From contig JAPLJV010000043.1 of NCBI GenBank assembly GCA_026388415.1, positions 8,478 to 72,477 on the forward strand: 64,000 nt of DNA, given 5' to 3'. Below are positions 36,303-44,810 of the stretch, piece after piece. The notes beneath the pieces were generated by a model that did not search any database, had not been told where the DNA came from, and saw only the letters and a program-made list of their open reading frames with translations. The position numbers and the translations under genes were made by a program. This stretch comes from Deltaproteobacteria bacterium. Its GTDB lineage: Bacteria > Desulfobacterota > Syntrophia > Syntrophales > JACQWR01. Each line of letters opens with the position of its first letter. Within the stretch, counting starts at the first letter, position 1.

Positions 36303-36378
36303 TCCCCGCTTTCTCTAACTTACTAAATGTCGGCTCCCGGACAGATAAAAATTTGACTGAGCGGAAGACAAGAGAGCT

Positions 36379-37146
36379 ATGACAAACCTTAACAGGCAAA
36401 TTACTCTTTCCATAGTGTTGCTGGGCCTGCTGTTTTGCAGCCCTGCTCTCGGCGCCGAAGCCGGTTTCCCGAAGCCTCGGGGCGCGGTCAATGATTTTGC
36501 CGGGATCATTGATGCAGCTTCGGTGCAGACGATGGAAAATGTGTCCCGCGAGGTGCTGGAAAAAACGGGCACTTCCATTGTCGTGGCCGTGCTGGCCAGC
36601 ATCGGCGACAATTCCCCCGATGATTACGCAAATCGCCTCTACCAGGCCTGGGGAATAGGAGCAAAGGGGAAGGACCGGGGAGTGCTTGTTTTTCTGGCCC
36701 AGAAGGAACGCAAGGTCCGCATTGAAACCGGCTATGGAGTAGAGGGTATTCTTCCCGACGGCCTGACGGGAGAGATTCTCGATAAATATGTGCTTCCCGA
36801 CCTCAAGGCCGGGCGTTACGGTCAAGGGCTGACTAAGGGCGTTGCCGCAGTGGCGTCGGTGATAGCGAGAGACGCCCGGGTCACCCTTACGGGAGTTCCG
36901 TCCTTATCGGCGCCTCGGGAAACCGCACCCCGGCGGGGCATAAATCTTTTCACGGTGATCCTGATAATCATCGTTTTGGCTCTGCTGATCGGTACGAGAC
37001 CTGGCCGGGAATTATTGCCCTACCTGATCATAATGTTGATGAGCGGCGGTGGCAGAGGTGGGGGCTCCGGCGGTTTTGGCGGGGGGGGATTCGGGGGGTT
37101 TGGCGGTGGCTTTAGCGGTGGTGGTGGCTCAAGCAGGGATTTTTAA
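36379..37146 (+). CDS. TPM-domain (YgcG-like) protein with Gly-rich tail
   Basis: 255 aa. Signal peptide, VNDFAGIID...GVLVFLAQKERKVRIETGYG TPM motifs, TM, C-terminal GGGRGGGSGGFGGGGFGGFGGG. Confidence 0.85.
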   Translation: MTNLNRQITLSIVLLGLLFCSPALGAEAGFPKPRGAVNDFAGIIDAASVQTMENVSREVLEKTGTSIVVAVLASIGDNSPDDYANRLYQAWGIGAKGKDRGVLVFLAQKERKVRIETGYGVEGILPDGLTGEILDKYVLPDLKAGRYGQGLTKGVAAVASVIARDARVTLTGVPSLSAPRETAPRRGINLFTVILIIIVLALLIGTRPGRELLPYLIIMLMSGGGRGGGSGGFGGGGFGGFGGGFSGGGGSSRDF

Positions 37147-37164
37147 TAGGGAAGGAGGCTGCTC

Positions 37165-37893
37165 ATGTTAGGGAAGATCAATAAGCCGGAGGATATATTT
37201 GCTGAAATAACGGCAGATTTTCAGAATGCTCTGGGAAAGGATCTGGTTTCGCTTATCCTATACGGAAGCGCTGCTACGGGCCATTATGTGCCCGGGAAAT
37301 CGGACGTTAATGTTCTGATTACCCTTACCGAGGCCGGACTCAACGATCTGGAACGGGTCATTTACGTGGTCGGGAAATGGCGGAAAAAGAAGGTGGCCAC
37401 GATTTTCATGTCCCAGGCTTCTATTGCCTCCTCCGTTGACGCCTATCCCGTGGAATTGTTAACGATGAAGCTTAATTATCGTCTGCTTTTCGGCGTTGAT
37501 GTGTTGGCCGGGCTGACGCTTCTTCCCTGTGATTTGCGTTTGCAGTTGGAAAGGGAGCTGCAGGGAAAGATGTTCCATCTAAGGCAGGGTTTTCTGGAGT
37601 GCGAGGGCGGGGAAAGGGGACTCAAGCAGCTAATCGGCCTTTCCCTCGGTGCCTTTATGCACTTATTCAAGGCCTTACTGTTTCTCAAGGGTGCTGAAAT
37701 TCCGTCCGGCCGGCGGGAGGTGATCACGGCTCTCTCGAAAGCCTATTCGATTAATTCCAATGTACTTCTTCGGTGCATTGATCTTCGGGAAGGAAAGGGC
37801 CGGTTTTCAGCCGGGGAAGTCAAGCAACTATTTAAATCCTATCAGGGGGAGATGGCTGAAATCTCGGCCCTGATCGACAGGATGAAAGTCTGA
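37165..37893 (+). CDS. nucleotidyltransferase-domain protein
   Basis: 242 aa. LILYGSAATGHYVPGKSDVNVLI is the pol-beta-type NTase G[SG]...D.D motif. Confidence 0.6.
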   Translation: MLGKINKPEDIFAEITADFQNALGKDLVSLILYGSAATGHYVPGKSDVNVLITLTEAGLNDLERVIYVVGKWRKKKVATIFMSQASIASSVDAYPVELLTMKLNYRLLFGVDVLAGLTLLPCDLRLQLERELQGKMFHLRQGFLECEGGERGLKQLIGLSLGAFMHLFKALLFLKGAEIPSGRREVITALSKAYSINSNVLLRCIDLREGKGRFSAGEVKQLFKSYQGEMAEISALIDRMKV

Positions 37894-37908
37894 AAAAGGA
37901 GGTAGCAC

Positions 37909-38484
37909 ATGACTACATTCAAAAGAAATCTGATTATTGCCGGTGTTGTTGTACTTGTTGTCGTTTTCATTCTCTATTCATTGTTTCAGGGGAATTACAA
38001 TAAATTCGTGACCCTTGATGAAACGGTCAAGAGCTCCTGGGCGCAGGTGGAAAACCAGTTGCAGCGACGCTATGACCTGATTCCCAATCTCGTGGAGACG
38101 GTAAAAGGTTATGCCAAGCAGGAGAAGGATGTCCTGATTGAGGTGACGAATGCCCGGGCCAGGGTCGGCGGGGCGGGGAAGATACCCGATAAGATCGCGG
38201 CCAATAATGAACTGTCGAGCGCCTTGAGTCGCCTGCTGGTGGTGGTGGAAAAATATCCTGATCTGAAATCGAATCAGAATTTCCTGCGCCTGCAGGATGA
38301 GCTGGCAGGGACTGAAAACAGGATTGCCGTAGAAAGACGACGTTACAACGAAGCTGTGCAGTTCTACAACGTTGCCGTTCGCTCTTTCCCCGCGAGCATT
38401 GTGGCCGGCATCTTCGGGTTTGAGCAAGCGGCTTTCTTTGCGGCTCCGGCTGCGGCAAAAGCTGTCCCGCAGGTGAAATTTTAA
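37909..38484 (+). CDS. lemA: LemA family protein
   Basis: 191 aa. N-terminal TM, WAQVENQLQRRYDLIPNLVETVKGYAKQE...RRRYNEAVQFYN. Confidence 0.92.
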   Translation: MTTFKRNLIIAGVVVLVVVFILYSLFQGNYNKFVTLDETVKSSWAQVENQLQRRYDLIPNLVETVKGYAKQEKDVLIEVTNARARVGGAGKIPDKIAANNELSSALSRLLVVVEKYPDLKSNQNFLRLQDELAGTENRIAVERRRYNEAVQFYNVAVRSFPASIVAGIFGFEQAAFFAAPAAAKAVPQVKF

Positions 38485-38525
38485 AAAGAAGTGGTAATTG
38501 CAAAAGTCGTATAAATGCAAACTAT

Positions 38526-38552
38526 GTCATTCCAGCGAAAGCCGGAATCCAG
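38526..38552. repeat. REP-like hairpin GTCATTCCAGCGAAAGCCGGAATCCAG
   Basis: ATTCCAGC-GAAA-GCCGGAAT stem-loop. A related GTCATTCT...GAATCCAG element occurs at 61813-61873. Confidence 0.5.
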
Positions 38553-38624
38553 AATTTCAATGCGTTACAAAAATACTGGACACCGGTTTTTCCCCGTCAA
38601 GCGAGGACTAAACAGAGCACCGGC

Positions 38625-40364
38625 GTGACGACTTTTGCAATTACCACGATAGAAGAGAGGAAAAAGATAGTGACGGGAATAACGGGTAAGCTTCTGATTC
38701 TGTTCATTATGCCGCTTTTCCTCTACGTAGGCCTCCTGCCCGTCATGCCGCTCATGGAGCCGGACGAAGGACGCTACAGCGCGATCCCCAGCTCCATGAA
38801 TAAATCCGGCGACTACATCACGCCCCGCCTGAAAGAAGCCGTCTATATAGAGAAGCCGCCCCTCGCTTACTGGGCAACCGCCCTGTCGTTTAAAATCTTT
38901 GGCGAAAATGAATTTTCTTCCCGGCTCTTTGCGGGTCTGTGCGCTTGGGGCTGCATTCTCATCGTCTATAGCATGGGGCGTTTCCTGCACGATGAAAAGA
39001 CCGGCCTCTATGGTGCGGCGGTATTAACGACCTCGCTATTTCACTTTGCCATCGGACGGATCAATATCCTGGATATGCCCGTGGCCTTTTTTCTGAGCCT
39101 GGCCATCTGGTCAGGTTACCGCTTTTGCGCGGCGGCCGGAAGGAAGGAGTGGCTCTATCTGTGCTATCTGGCAAGCGCCCTGGCCTTTCTCACCAAGGGA
39201 TTGATCGGCATTGTTTTCCCTGCGGCGATTATCGTCATCTGGCTCGTTTCCGTGGGCAGATGGCGCGATATTATCAAACTGATTTCATCCCTGGGGATTC
39301 TCATCTTTTTTACCGTTACTCTGCCCTGGCTTATTTTGATCCAACAGGCCCACAGCGATTTCTTCAGATTTTTTTTCGTGCAGGAGCATTTTCAGCGTTA
39401 TACCACGACGATTCATCACCGCAACCAACCGGTCTATTTTTTTCTGCCGATCATCGTTGCCGGAACGTTGCCTTGGTGCGCCTTCCTATATAAAGCTTTG
39501 CGTAAGAAAGAGACCTCCCCTGTCTGCGACGGCGGCGGGCAGATGAGCGTCTGGCATAAGTTCCCCTGGTTCCGCCGGGAAGACGCCCGGTATCTCCTGG
39601 TCTGGGCGGGTTTCATGTTCCTTTTCTTTTCCCTTTCCTCGTCCAAACTGATACCTTATATTGCCGCCGTCTTTCTGCCCCTGTCGTTGTTTCTGGGGAG
39701 CATCTTCCGCCTTTACGATGAGCAGAAAAAAGACTCCAACCTTCCCGCCCCCCTCAGCCGGTATGACTTGCCGATCATATTTCAGTCTTTGCTCTTCATC
39801 GCGGTATTGGCAGTTGCCCCGTTTATTGAAAAGCGCCCGCTGAATCTTTGGGTGCCCTTGATTGTTGTACCCGTCATCATGCAGATTTTGCTGGTTTTTA
39901 TGCCCGGTTTCGTGCGGCGCAGAACAGGCGCCCACTGGTTTCTGACGATTTATTTCTTGGCGGCGCTATTCCTGGGGGCATTGGTTTTTCCCCTTTCCCA
40001 GTTTTTGACCCCCTATAAGTCTGCCTATGTTCTGGTTCAGGCCATCAAGGACAACCTGCCCGCCGGTCAGGAACTCTATCAATATGATATGTGTCTTTAC
40101 GGCGTAGATTTTTATGGTAAAATCAGGACGCCAATTGTAGATGATATCGGCGAGGTGCGATATGGCAGCGAATTTTTGCCGGCCGCCGAAAAAAAGCATT
40201 ACTTCATGAATTCTGACGAGTTTTTCAAGCTTGTCGGACAGCGCCCGATAACGTACTGCGCCACCAAGGGTCAGGAACGGGTGGAAAGGCTCAGAAAAGT
40301 GGTTCCCAATCTTACGGTTATATGGGACAATAAGGAGTATTATCTGGTAAAACTGCAATCCTGA
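38625..40364 (+). CDS. arnT: ArnT-like GT39/PMT_2 family glycosyltransferase (L-Ara4N transferase-like)
   Basis: 579 aa, polytopic. EPDEGRYSAIPSSMNKSGDYITPRL...EKPPLAYW signature. GTG start assumed. Confidence 0.82.
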   Translation: MTTFAITTIEERKKIVTGITGKLLILFIMPLFLYVGLLPVMPLMEPDEGRYSAIPSSMNKSGDYITPRLKEAVYIEKPPLAYWATALSFKIFGENEFSSRLFAGLCAWGCILIVYSMGRFLHDEKTGLYGAAVLTTSLFHFAIGRINILDMPVAFFLSLAIWSGYRFCAAAGRKEWLYLCYLASALAFLTKGLIGIVFPAAIIVIWLVSVGRWRDIIKLISSLGILIFFTVTLPWLILIQQAHSDFFRFFFVQEHFQRYTTTIHHRNQPVYFFLPIIVAGTLPWCAFLYKALRKKETSPVCDGGGQMSVWHKFPWFRREDARYLLVWAGFMFLFFSLSSSKLIPYIAAVFLPLSLFLGSIFRLYDEQKKDSNLPAPLSRYDLPIIFQSLLFIAVLAVAPFIEKRPLNLWVPLIVVPVIMQILLVFMPGFVRRRTGAHWFLTIYFLAALFLGALVFPLSQFLTPYKSAYVLVQAIKDNLPAGQELYQYDMCLYGVDFYGKIRTPIVDDIGEVRYGSEFLPAAEKKHYFMNSDEFFKLVGQRPITYCATKGQERVERLRKVVPNLTVIWDNKEYYLVKLQS

Positions 40365-40366
40365 TC

Positions 40367-40387
40367 GCCCCGATTGAACCCTGCCCC
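40367..40387 (+). repeat. partial, permuted copy of the islet repeat core, abutting the arnT stop codon
   Basis: GCCCCGATTGAACCCTGCCCC. It contains the CCCCGATTG and GAACCC(t)G(c)CCC halves of the core GAACCCGTCCCCGATTG in swapped order. Confidence 0.4.
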
Positions 40388-40427
40388 ACCCGACTCACTG
40401 ATGAAGCGTTAATCGGGATAAAAATAT

Positions 40428-40456
40428 TTGCATAACATACGCCAGAAGGGTATGGT
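40428..40456 (+). promoter_or_regulatory. candidate sigma70 promoter for the orphan antitoxin gene
   Basis: TTGCAT (40428-40433), 17 nt, TATGGT (40451-40456). Confidence 0.3.
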
Positions 40457-40482
40457 ATGAAAGTAGTCGAAAGGTGGTAGCA

Positions 40483-40815
40483 ATGGCAAAGACAGAGCAA
40501 AAACCCAGACTGTCTAACGAACTGATGGAGGCTGCCGAAGACATCAACCAATGGCGTGAAGACAAGATCACACTGAAAACATACACTGTTGATCCGCAAC
40601 CTAAGATCGAGGTAACACCCGAGATCATCCGCGAGACACGGGAAAATCTGCATTTATCCAGGCCGGTATTCGCCCATGAACTGCATGTTTCACCCCGGAC
40701 ATTGGAGAAGTGGGAACAGGGACGAACCAAACCCAACGATCAAGCCGCCACGCTGATCATGCTCGTCCGCAAGTTTCCCGATACCCTCCGGCGCTTGAAA
40801 GAGTTGGCGGTTTGA
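40483..40815 (+). CDS. HTH (COG2944/YiaG-like) antitoxin-type regulator with no adjacent toxin
   Basis: ATG at 40483 follows GAAAGGTGG. IIRETRENLHLSRPVFAHELHVSPRTLEKWEQGRTKPNDQAATLIMLVRKFPD. Only about 110 bp of non-coding DNA lies upstream. Confidence 0.8.
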   Translation: MAKTEQKPRLSNELMEAAEDINQWREDKITLKTYTVDPQPKIEVTPEIIRETRENLHLSRPVFAHELHVSPRTLEKWEQGRTKPNDQAATLIMLVRKFPDTLRRLKELAV

Positions 40816-40823
40816 CCATGCAC

Positions 40824-40881
40824 GCGATATTCCGGGGCGGGAAATATAGTTGCCATCAATCATAATTTGAATCCGTCCCCG
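40824..40881 (+). repeat. islet intergenic repeat, copy A (58 bp)
   Basis: gcgatattccggggcgggaaatatagttgccatcaatcataatttgaatccgtccccg. Aligns by hand to copy B with 8 substitutions and a 1-nt indel. Confidence 0.7.
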
Positions 40882-40930
40882 GTTCAAGGCGTGGGAATTA
40901 TTGGACAGATAGGAATTAAGGGGTGACAGG

Positions 40931-41155
40931 ATGGAAACCATAAAATTTGAAACGGATATTGACTCTCAAGGAGGCATTCATCTTCCGGAGGAGTTTCGCC
41001 ATGCCTACGGTAAGCATGCCCGGCTGGTTTTGTCGTTGCCGGCACTTGAGTTAACACGGAAAAAAGGACGGCAACCCGGAAGCGCCAGAGGAATACTCAA
41101 GGTACTTTCCGAAGATGACGAACACCTGAATGATTTCAAGGAATACATGCCATGA
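40931..41155 (+). CDS. vapB: VapB-type antitoxin (AbrB/SpoVT-like N-terminus)
   Basis: 74 aa. ...GGIHLPEEFRHAYG... 4-nt overlap with the PIN toxin gene. Confidence 0.7.
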   Translation: METIKFETDIDSQGGIHLPEEFRHAYGKHARLVLSLPALELTRKKGRQPGSARGILKVLSEDDEHLNDFKEYMP

Positions 41156-41538
41156 AACTCTTACTGGACACGCAGGCCATTCTCTGGTTTCTTCTCGACG
41201 ATCATCGTTTGAGCGGCAGAGCGAGGGAGAATATTTCGGGTCCCGATGCCTTGATTTTTGTCAGTCCCGCCAGCCTTTGGGAGATCGCCATCAAGATCAG
41301 CCTTGGTAAGTATGAGCTCCCTGCGCCTTTCGAGGCATTCTGGGATGAACAATTTATTACCAACGACTTTGCGCTTTTGCCCGTGTCAGTGTCACATGCC
41401 GCACAGGTTGTCAATTTACCCTTCCATCATCGCGATCCATTCGACCGTTTGATCATTGCCCAGTCGCTCGTTGAAGGGATGCCGCTCGTAAGCAGTGACA
41501 TCATATTTGATCGTTATGGCGTCGAACGGGTTTGGTGA
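41152..41538 (+). CDS. vapC: PIN-domain toxin VapC
   Basis: 128 aa. LLLDTQAILWFL (first acidic residue), ASLWEIAIK, HRDPFDRLIIAQS. Confidence 0.9.
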   Translation: MKLLLDTQAILWFLLDDHRLSGRARENISGPDALIFVSPASLWEIAIKISLGKYELPAPFEAFWDEQFITNDFALLPVSVSHAAQVVNLPFHHRDPFDRLIIAQSLVEGMPLVSSDIIFDRYGVERVW

Positions 41539-41673
41539 AAGATGCTGTGAGGATGAAAACGGGGAGCAATGTCGTCAGTTAATGATTTGCATCAGATAGT
41601 TAACCTCTGCCGGAGCTCCGGCAGAGATTTGGGATGGTGGAGTAAAGAACCATGAAACACAAATTATTGCTTG

Positions 41674-41700
41674 AATAAAATGTGAACCCGTCCCCGATTG
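41674..41700 (+). repeat. islet intergenic repeat, copy C (right half only)
   Basis: aataaaatgtgaacccgtccccgattg. Shares the core (A)ATGT(G/A)AACCCGTCCCCGAT with copies A and B. Confidence 0.5.
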
Positions 41701-41875
41701 TTCTCTGGATGCTGCAACGACGCAAGCTGAATTCGGCTTGGCAGAGATGGCGGCCAATAAATTAGCAACCCGGAAACTGACCAACTGGCCTTGGATTAGT
41801 GCCATCTTGAAAACGTAATGGAATTAGTAAGGTCCCAAGATTAGTGCATTTTGTAGATAAAGAGGTGCAAGAGCC

Positions 41876-42094
41876 ATGAGTAATTCAAGTATTGCCGAAT
41901 ATGTAAAATTGAGCGTTCCTGAACGGATTCAACTTGTTGAAGATATTTGGGACAGCATCGCCGCGATACCGGAAGAGATGCCGCTCACGGAGGCGCAGCA
42001 GGCAGAATTGGATCGGCGTCTTAACGCCTATCGTTTAAATCCCGAAGAAGGATCTCCGTGGGAATACGTGCGAGAGGCCATCCGTCGCTCATGA
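41876..42094 (+). CDS. addiction-module antitoxin (TIGR02574-like)
   Basis: 72 aa. ERIQLVEDIWDSIAAIPEEMPLTEAQQAELDRRLNAYRLNPEEGSPWEYV. Confidence 0.8.
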   Translation: MSNSSIAEYVKLSVPERIQLVEDIWDSIAAIPEEMPLTEAQQAELDRRLNAYRLNPEEGSPWEYVREAIRRS

Positions 42095-42387
42095 AACGCA
42101 TGATATTCATCCGCCCCGAAGCGGAACAAGACATGCGTGATGCCTATGGCTGGTATGAAACACAAATGCCGGGCCTAGGAGCTAATTTTCTCCTGCATGT
42201 TGACGCTCAGTTGAGATCGCTCCAGAGGAACCCGTCACAATATCCGATCGTTCACCGAGAAGTTAGGCGTTGCCTGGTCCGTCGTTTTCCTTATGGCATT
42301 TTCTATATGGTTGAAGATAAACGGATTGTTGTTCTGGCTGTATTCCATGCCAAACGCAACCCCAAATCATGGCAGGCAAGGTCATGA
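42091..42387 (+). CDS. ParE/RelE-family toxin
   Basis: ATG at 42091 overlaps the antitoxin stop (ATGA). MKRMIFIRPEAEQDMRDAYGWYE...RRFPYGIFYMVEDKRIVVLAVFHAKRNP. Confidence 0.85.
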   Translation: MKRMIFIRPEAEQDMRDAYGWYETQMPGLGANFLLHVDAQLRSLQRNPSQYPIVHREVRRCLVRRFPYGIFYMVEDKRIVVLAVFHAKRNPKSWQARS

Positions 42388-42552
42388 ACAGAATCCGGTC
42401 AAGAGCAAAGGTAATTACCTTTTTATCCCAACGAGTTTTTTGCAGCTATCAGGCTACCGGCTCAGACAAGAAGCAGAATAGTCAAGAAAGCCGCGTGATT
42501 AATCTGGGAAGTGTCCCTGGTTTTTTTGGTATGGTGTCCCGGGATTTCCCAG

Positions 42553-42611
42553 GCGATATCCCGGGGCTGGAATGAATAGGTGCCATCAATCATAATGTAA
42601 ACCCGTCCCCG
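42553..42611 (+). repeat. islet intergenic repeat, copy B (59 bp)
   Basis: gcgatatcccggggctggaatgaataggtgccatcaatcataatgtaaacccgtccccg. Confidence 0.7.
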
Positions 42612-42636
42612 ATAGAGTCAAAAGAATAAGGATTTT

Positions 42637-43719
42637 ATGACCCTTCCAAAGCATCTTTACCATTATACATCCCAGAAAGGTATTCTCGGTATTCTGGAAA
42701 GTAATAAATTGTGGATGACCAACATCCTTTATCTGAATGATTCAAGTGAATTTACATATACCTTAGAATTGGTAAGATCAAAATTGAAGAAACTGAAAGA
42801 ACAAAAACAAAACATAGGGATACTTACACCGAATGATGTAAAATATGAACAGGTTGAGAGGGTATTGGATGGATTTTTCAATGATAAAAGGACTGAAAGT
42901 TATGTATTTTCACTTTCAAATTCAAAAAAAAAGGATGACGACCTAAATCAATGGAGAGGGTATTGTCCAAGAGAAGGTGGGTTCTGTATTGAATTTGATT
43001 CTGGGAGATTGTTCTCCATAATAGAGAAAATGAATAAAATGAGTAAAGGGAAGTATGAAATAAGTGAATGTATATATCATCATAAAGATGAACCAATAGA
43101 ATCAGTGGAATCGTTGATACGTAAAATAACAGAAGCCGACTTTTATAAAGAATTAGTAGAAATTTCTTCATACATAAAAGATAACTCCTTTGAAGATGAA
43201 AAGGAATACCGTATAATATATCAAGGGGTTCCTAACGAAATAAATTTTCGCGGAGGAATTTCAATGATAATACCTTATATTGAATTACCTCATATCCAAT
43301 TTTCACCTGTAGATGATGTTCTGCCTATCACAACTAAAGAAAAAAATGACAGATGGATTTACTATGGAAAAACAATGTCAGGTGATTTTTATTATAACAA
43401 TAGTTCTATTGTAAATGTAAGTCCCCAGATTTCCAAGGTATGGTTCAAGATAAAACTTTCAAAGTTAGAAAAAGATAACACTCTTCAACAATTCAGAAAA
43501 TTTGGACAATCAATGGATTATTGGGAAAAATTAGATAACCAGATAATGTTATATGAATTGGATTGTGTCAATAAAACGGGAAAAACTCTAAAGTTGGTAT
43601 ATTATGATATTAAGGGAAAAACATTGCTCAATCACGACTATTCAGACCCCACGACAGATCAAATAATACCTGGGTCAATGAATGATATATTACTCAATAA
43701 AGTTTGTCCGAATAAGTAA
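42637..43719 (+). CDS. DUF2971-like protein fused to a C-terminal adhesin-E-like domain (AT-rich gene)
   Basis: 360 aa. LYHYTSQKGILGILESNKLWMTNILYLNDSSEF, YVFSLS...LNQWRGYCPREGGFCIEFD and EKEYRIIY match my recollection of DUF2971. C-terminal roughly 130 aa: W.YYG...VWFKI...LYELDC...LVYYDIKGK...IIPGS...NKVC. Confidence 0.72.
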   Translation: MTLPKHLYHYTSQKGILGILESNKLWMTNILYLNDSSEFTYTLELVRSKLKKLKEQKQNIGILTPNDVKYEQVERVLDGFFNDKRTESYVFSLSNSKKKDDDLNQWRGYCPREGGFCIEFDSGRLFSIIEKMNKMSKGKYEISECIYHHKDEPIESVESLIRKITEADFYKELVEISSYIKDNSFEDEKEYRIIYQGVPNEINFRGGISMIIPYIELPHIQFSPVDDVLPITTKEKNDRWIYYGKTMSGDFYYNNSSIVNVSPQISKVWFKIKLSKLEKDNTLQQFRKFGQSMDYWEKLDNQIMLYELDCVNKTGKTLKLVYYDIKGKTLLNHDYSDPTTDQIIPGSMNDILLNKVCPNK

Positions 43720-43814
43720 GTTATAAAAAAGTGACGAAACGAGAAAAACCAAGAGTAAATCAGGGGGACACCTTACTAGTTTTTCTGTAAAATAAGAAAG
43801 GCACCCATTAAAGT

Positions 43815-43838
43815 CAATCGGTGACGGGTTCAGATATT
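43815..43838 (-). repeat. islet repeat core, copy D (inverted orientation)
   Basis: Reverse complement aatatctgaacccgtcaccgattg matches copy C aaaatgtgaacccgtccccgattg at 21/24 positions (by hand). Confidence 0.4.
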
Positions 43839-44050
43839 GGTGGATGGAACGGGTCAGGCTGATTCGAAAATGCCGGCGTGACCTGCGGGCGCTGGCAGCG
43901 AGGATTAACAGTGGGGGTATTCCGGTGCCATAATACGGCTTTATCACAAGAAAATTTTTCCCGGTTCAATCCGCTAGATTGAATTATTACAGTAATAGTG
44001 AGGTGCAGTCTTATATATCGAACCAACAGGAACTGAACGAGGAGTTTAAC

Positions 44051-44383
44051 ATGGGCACCATGAAACTGACAGATAATGAAAAAAAGTCCTTAGATGCGCT
44101 GCACAAGGTTTTATTTGAGAGATATCCGGTCGTTGACTTCCGTCTTTTCGGCTCAAAGGCAAGGGGTGAAGGCGTAGATGATTCCGATATGGACGTCATG
44201 ATTGAAATTCCTGAATATGATCCGGTCATGGTTGCCGAGATAGACGATCTCATCTACCGGTTCAACCTGGAATACGATGTTTTTATTTCAGCGCTTTTTT
44301 TCGGCAAGAATGAACTGGAAGAAGGCCCGTTGTCCGAAGCGCCGATCTATAAAGCGATTCAGCGCGAAGGGGTTCCGCTATGA
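44051..44383 (+). CDS. MNT-type nucleotidyltransferase antitoxin (type VII TA)
   Basis: ATG at 44051 lies 7 nt after GAGGAG. FRLFGSKARGEGVDDSDMDVMIEI is the minimal NTase motif. 4-nt overlap with the HEPN gene. Confidence 0.85.
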   Translation: MGTMKLTDNEKKSLDALHKVLFERYPVVDFRLFGSKARGEGVDDSDMDVMIEIPEYDPVMVAEIDDLIYRFNLEYDVFISALFFGKNELEEGPLSEAPIYKAIQREGVPL

Positions 44384-44790
44384 GTATAGACGAGAAGAAG
44401 AAGTCCCTCGCCGAGCACAGGTTGATTCAAGCCGCGGAAAGTCTGGAAGAAGCCCGCTATCTTATTGAAGGTGGCAAGAGCCTTCGTTCCGTTGCGAACC
44501 GGATTTACTATGGCATGTTCTACGCGGTCTTAGCCCTCCTCATTTATGAGCCTTTTTCGTCCTCAAAACATACCGGTGTTATTGCCTATTTCAATAAGAA
44601 TTTCGTAAAACAAGGTATCATCCCGGAAGCATTGGGACGTTGCCTAAACAAGGCATTCGATTTGAGGCAGCGCGGTGATTACCGGGAATATTTTGAACTG
44701 ACTAAAGACCAGGTGGAACCGCTTCTTGATGTGGCAGAAGAATTTATTACCGCCATCAGGACGTATTTGCATGAAGGTGGCAAAATCTGA
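44380..44790 (+). CDS. HEPN-domain toxin
   Basis: 136 aa. ...SVANRIYYGMFYAVLALL...AFDLRQRGDY (Rx4-6H-like region). Confidence 0.82.
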   Translation: MSIDEKKKSLAEHRLIQAAESLEEARYLIEGGKSLRSVANRIYYGMFYAVLALLIYEPFSSSKHTGVIAYFNKNFVKQGIIPEALGRCLNKAFDLRQRGDYREYFELTKDQVEPLLDVAEEFITAIRTYLHEGGKI

Positions 44791-44810
44791 CTAATGGGGA
44801 TATTGCACAG

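Noticed and set aside
40690-40941. The repeat copies A and B might encode a conserved N-terminus on the minus strand (..RGRIQIMIDGNY.. versus ..RGRVYIMIDGTY..).
   Set aside because: Hand alignment shows a 1-nt indel after codon 6, so the two copies continue in different frames. Conservation is at the DNA level. The ORF at copy A also overlaps the confident HTH gene on the other strand.
40824-42611. Calling the repeats bona fide integron attC sites.
   Set aside because: I could not locate the canonical RYYYAAC / GTTRRRY boxes or a strongly paired L''/L' stem, and no intI gene is present in the window. It is left as a testable hypothesis only.
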